Below, one piece after another: positions 61,451-64,000 of a DNA stretch of 64,000 nt. Each line of letters starts with the position of its first letter. Positions within the stretch are counted from its first letter, which is position 1. The notes beneath the pieces were generated by a model. It was not told the origin of the DNA, ran no database searches, and saw only the letters and a program-made list of their open reading frames with translations. Both the position numbers and the translations under genes were made by a program. This DNA comes from Bilabrum cf. latius. Taxonomy: Eukaryota. The stretch covers positions 1,364,001 to 1,428,000 of the forward strand of contig OZ237740.1 in the NCBI GenBank assembly GCA_965178125.1, read 5' to 3'.

Positions 61451-62542
61451 ATGGCGTCCTGGTGGGACCGATACAAGCAGCGGTTTTGGAGTACGATGGA
61501 TATGTGCGGCCCGCCGTCATGGAGGTATCTTGGAACAACATAGGCATAGTTGCAAGCTGCACGTGATGCTCCGAGCTCAACACGGGCAAAGCAGATGCTC
61601 GCAGCTGTCTGCCACCCTGAAACTGGGGAGGAACTTCCACTGCCGTTCCGCATGAGCGCTCATGTCCCCATGAATACAGTCCTATTGGTAGGAATGCTCT
61701 CTAGCCGCAGCGTTGCTGGCACCGCTCTGTGGCAAGTCGCCAACAGCGGCTTCAACGCGCTGCAATTCTACTACAACCGGTCAAAGACGAATCACGTGTC
61801 AGACGAGCGGCTTGCCGGCAGTTTCCTCTGCGCCACGGCTGCCGCTGTCGCAGTAGGATACTCGCTGCGGTCCTGGGAGCTGTCCCAAGTGGCACTGGCC
61901 CGGGGCTCTCCAAGCCCGCTAGTGCGCGCGGTTGGTCTATTCGTGCCCTTCGTGGCGGCTGCTGCCTCCAAGCCGCTGCAAATCGGTATCATGCGCTCCG
62001 ATGAAGTCACCAAGGGCGTCCGCATCCTGGATGCACCGGCGGCAGGCAGCACTGGCAGCCAATCCGAGACTTCCAAGAAGCGCGACCCGGCGGCACCCAC
62101 CCCTGGGTCCCTCGCCCCCATGGAGGGGGTGGGCCCCTCCAGGGTGTGCGGTGCGGCGGCCATCGGGACCACCATCGCGACCCGGGTGCTCTACCTAGCC
62201 CAGCCCATGGTGCTGCCCCCATTGCTCTTCGCGTGGCTGGACCAGCGGTCGTCGTGGTGGCAGGGGCTGGCTCGAGGAGGCACGGTGGCGAGAGGGCTGC
62301 ACTTCGGGCTGAGAGTTGGCATCATCGGGCTGCAGTCGGCCGTAGCCACGCCCATGTGCGTGGCCCTGTTTGACCCTGTGCAAGCCATGCCCGTGTCCTG
62401 GCTGGAGCAGAGCGTCAGGGAGGACGTCCGGGAGGCGCGCAGGCAGCGAGCGCGCTTCGGGCACGAGGGCAAGGATCTGCCGGAGGAGACAATCCGCCGC
62501 GCCGAGTCTGAGTCTCCGGTGTATTTCTTCCGTGGTATTTGA
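61451..62542 (+). CDS. SFXN: Sideroflexin (mitochondrial tricarboxylate/serine carrier family)
   Basis: ATG 61451 via two TAGs. 'HPETGEELPLPFRMSAHVPMN', 'WQVANSGFNALQFYYNRS', 'VPFVAAAAS..IGIMRSDEVTKGV', 'VYFFRGI'. Ends in TGA. Confidence 0.9.
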
Positions 62543-62632
62543 GAGCGGAGACGCCCCCTCCTGCCAGTAGTGCGCATTCATGGCTGGTTGCTTGGCGTGC
62601 ATGTGCCACGTGGATAGGCCAGTTGCATGGGT

Positions 62633-63016
62633 TCAATGTCCATCCCCGCTCGCTGCCTCCCCATTGGCAGGCCCTCCAGCCGATGATACTTCCTCCCTTG
62701 TGGATGTATCAGCCCCGTCTTCCGTTACAGACTCCCCAGACCCTCCCTCTGACCCGGCTGCCTCCAATAACTTCTTTCTTCGGGCGGCGTTCCTCCTTGC
62801 AACTAGCTTTCGGGTCCTCTCCTGCTCCGCGGGCGTCATTTTGTCCCAGTTCGAAATTTGAGACATCGTGCCGTCAGAGTTGAGCACGATTGGACCGAGG
62901 TGATCAAACTTCATTTCGTCGGCACTGGGCACCGAGGCTGCCGCACTTCCATCTTCAAGCGCTAGTGTGCCGTCAGCCGAAGTGCCGTCTCCACCAGTGG
63001 GTATTTCACCAGCCAT
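62633..63016 (-). CDS. Small conserved uncharacterised protein
   Basis: 'KFDHLGPIVLNSDGTMSQISNWDKMTPAEQERTRKLVARRN' resembles a small uncharacterised family I recall from fungi and protists. ATG 63016, ends in TGA. Confidence 0.7.
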   Translation of the reverse strand: MAGEIPTGGDGTSADGTLALEDGSAAASVPSADEMKFDHLGPIVLNSDGTMSQISNWDKMTPAEQERTRKLVARRNAARRKKLLEAAGSEGGSGESVTEDGADTSTREEVSSAGGPANGEAASGDGH

Positions 63017-63180
63017 AGCCTTGCAGAGGTTCAATGACCAAGAATTTGTAAAGATTGGTACAGCTGCCCACGTGAAAGGCAAGGCAGCCGGTTTTAATCT
63101 TCTTCTTGAAAGTTCAACACAGGCAGCCGGTTGCAACTGCCACTGGCACTGGATTGGATCCACCCGGGCCGGTGGACGCA

Positions 63181-64000
63181 TCACTCTAGCAGCTCATCAC
63201 CTGGTTTGGCAAGTGCTCGTGGTACCTTCTCTCGCACACCCGCCTCATGCCCCGCCCGCGCGCGAAGGTACGCCACCTCGTCCGCCCCGAGCGACGACGC
63301 CCCCACGGCGGCGGCCTCCTCTGGCAGCAGCTCGCCGTCGGCCTCCCGCTCCGATGGCCGCATCCAACGGAACACACCGGCCGTGGGCTCGCCCCGTCCG
63401 CCATACAGGGACTGGTACCCCCGCCCTTTCCTCCACGACCCACCACCCCCTCCATGCCCCCCACCTGCCTGCCCCTGCCCCTGCCCTTGCCCCTGCCCCT
63501 GCCCTCCCTCCAGCAGTGCCCTGTCCCTGCGCCTCGCCTCCGCCGCCTCCCTCGCTGCCATTCTACGGGCCCTCTTCACCCCGGCCTCGCCCCGCTTCAC
63601 CCCCGCGGGCACCTGCTTCGTGTCCCGCACCAGGTCGGGCCTCTCCCTCGCACGCACTTCCCTCGCCCTCGCGTCAGCTGCCTCGGCGCGGTCCGAGGCG
63701 CGAGCGAACACCTCCGCCACCACGTTGTTGAACCCGTTCACAACCACGCTGCCGTGCACAGGGCGCGCGTTCAGCCTCCGCGGCTCTCTCGCTGCCCCCA
63801 CCGCGTGATCGTGACCCGTGCCACTCACGAGCGTGCTGCCCCGCCGGACCACCCCTTGCTGGTGGAGGGGACCCAGCGGCCCGTCAGGGTCCGCCACCAC
63901 CCCGCCCAGCGGCAGGCCGCCCCTCCGGATGGAGGCCAGCCCCGCCCCGCCCCCCAAGTGAGCCTCTCGCAGAGCACGCAGGCCCTCGGGCCCCCGGCGC
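63181..64000 (-). CDS. 3' part of an unidentified gene running off the window edge
   Basis: Frame open from 64000 to TGA at 63181-63183, with GC-rich codon usage and a (GQ)n tract. Confidence 0.6.
   Translation of the reverse strand, partial: RRGPEGLRALREAHLGGGAGLASIRRGGLPLGGVVADPDGPLGPLHQQGVVRRGSTLVSGTGHDHAVGAAREPRRLNARPVHGSVVVNGFNNVVAEVFARASDRAEAADARAREVRARERPDLVRDTKQVPAGVKRGEAGVKRARRMAAREAAEARRRDRALLEGGQGQGQGQGQGQAGGGHGGGGGSWRKGRGYQSLYGGRGEPTAGVFRWMRPSEREADGELLPEEAAAVGASSLGADEVAYLRARAGHEAGVREKVPRALAKPGDELLE

Overview
Gene-dense, GC-rich eukaryotic (protist) nuclear DNA with short GT-AG introns and about 24 protein-coding genes. No RNA genes, CRISPR arrays or clear mobile elements were seen. 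Two observations stand out. (1) The genetic code is non-standard. In-frame TAG occurs dozens of times and reads as Gln: PurF L*HRGQE, alpha-amylase VY*ILTDRF, and TAG alternating with CAG/CAA in Gly-Gln repeats. No in-frame TAA was met in the frames I traced, and 23 of 24 gene ends are TGA. The supplied ORF track is therefore fragmented, and the gene models below read through TAG. (2) The 43.4-62.5 kb region is a cluster of de novo purine biosynthesis genes (purL, purB, purC with a degenerate PurE-like tail, purF). It is interleaved with PCNA, mitoribosomal mL59, a MORN-CBS protein and a sideroflexin, and the same 9-mer (CGCATCTTG, coding strand) lies just upstream of purL, purB and purC. Other genes include a ~3100-aa BK/Slo-type K+ channel, a Cys-less pentameric ligand-gated channel, NOL8-like, CM1-motif and PAM2/RGG proteins, and a ~2840-aa disordered protein with an (AP)n tract. 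A heterotrophic stramenopile-like host is only a guess from sequence style. All family assignments are from motif recognition by eye, not database searches.
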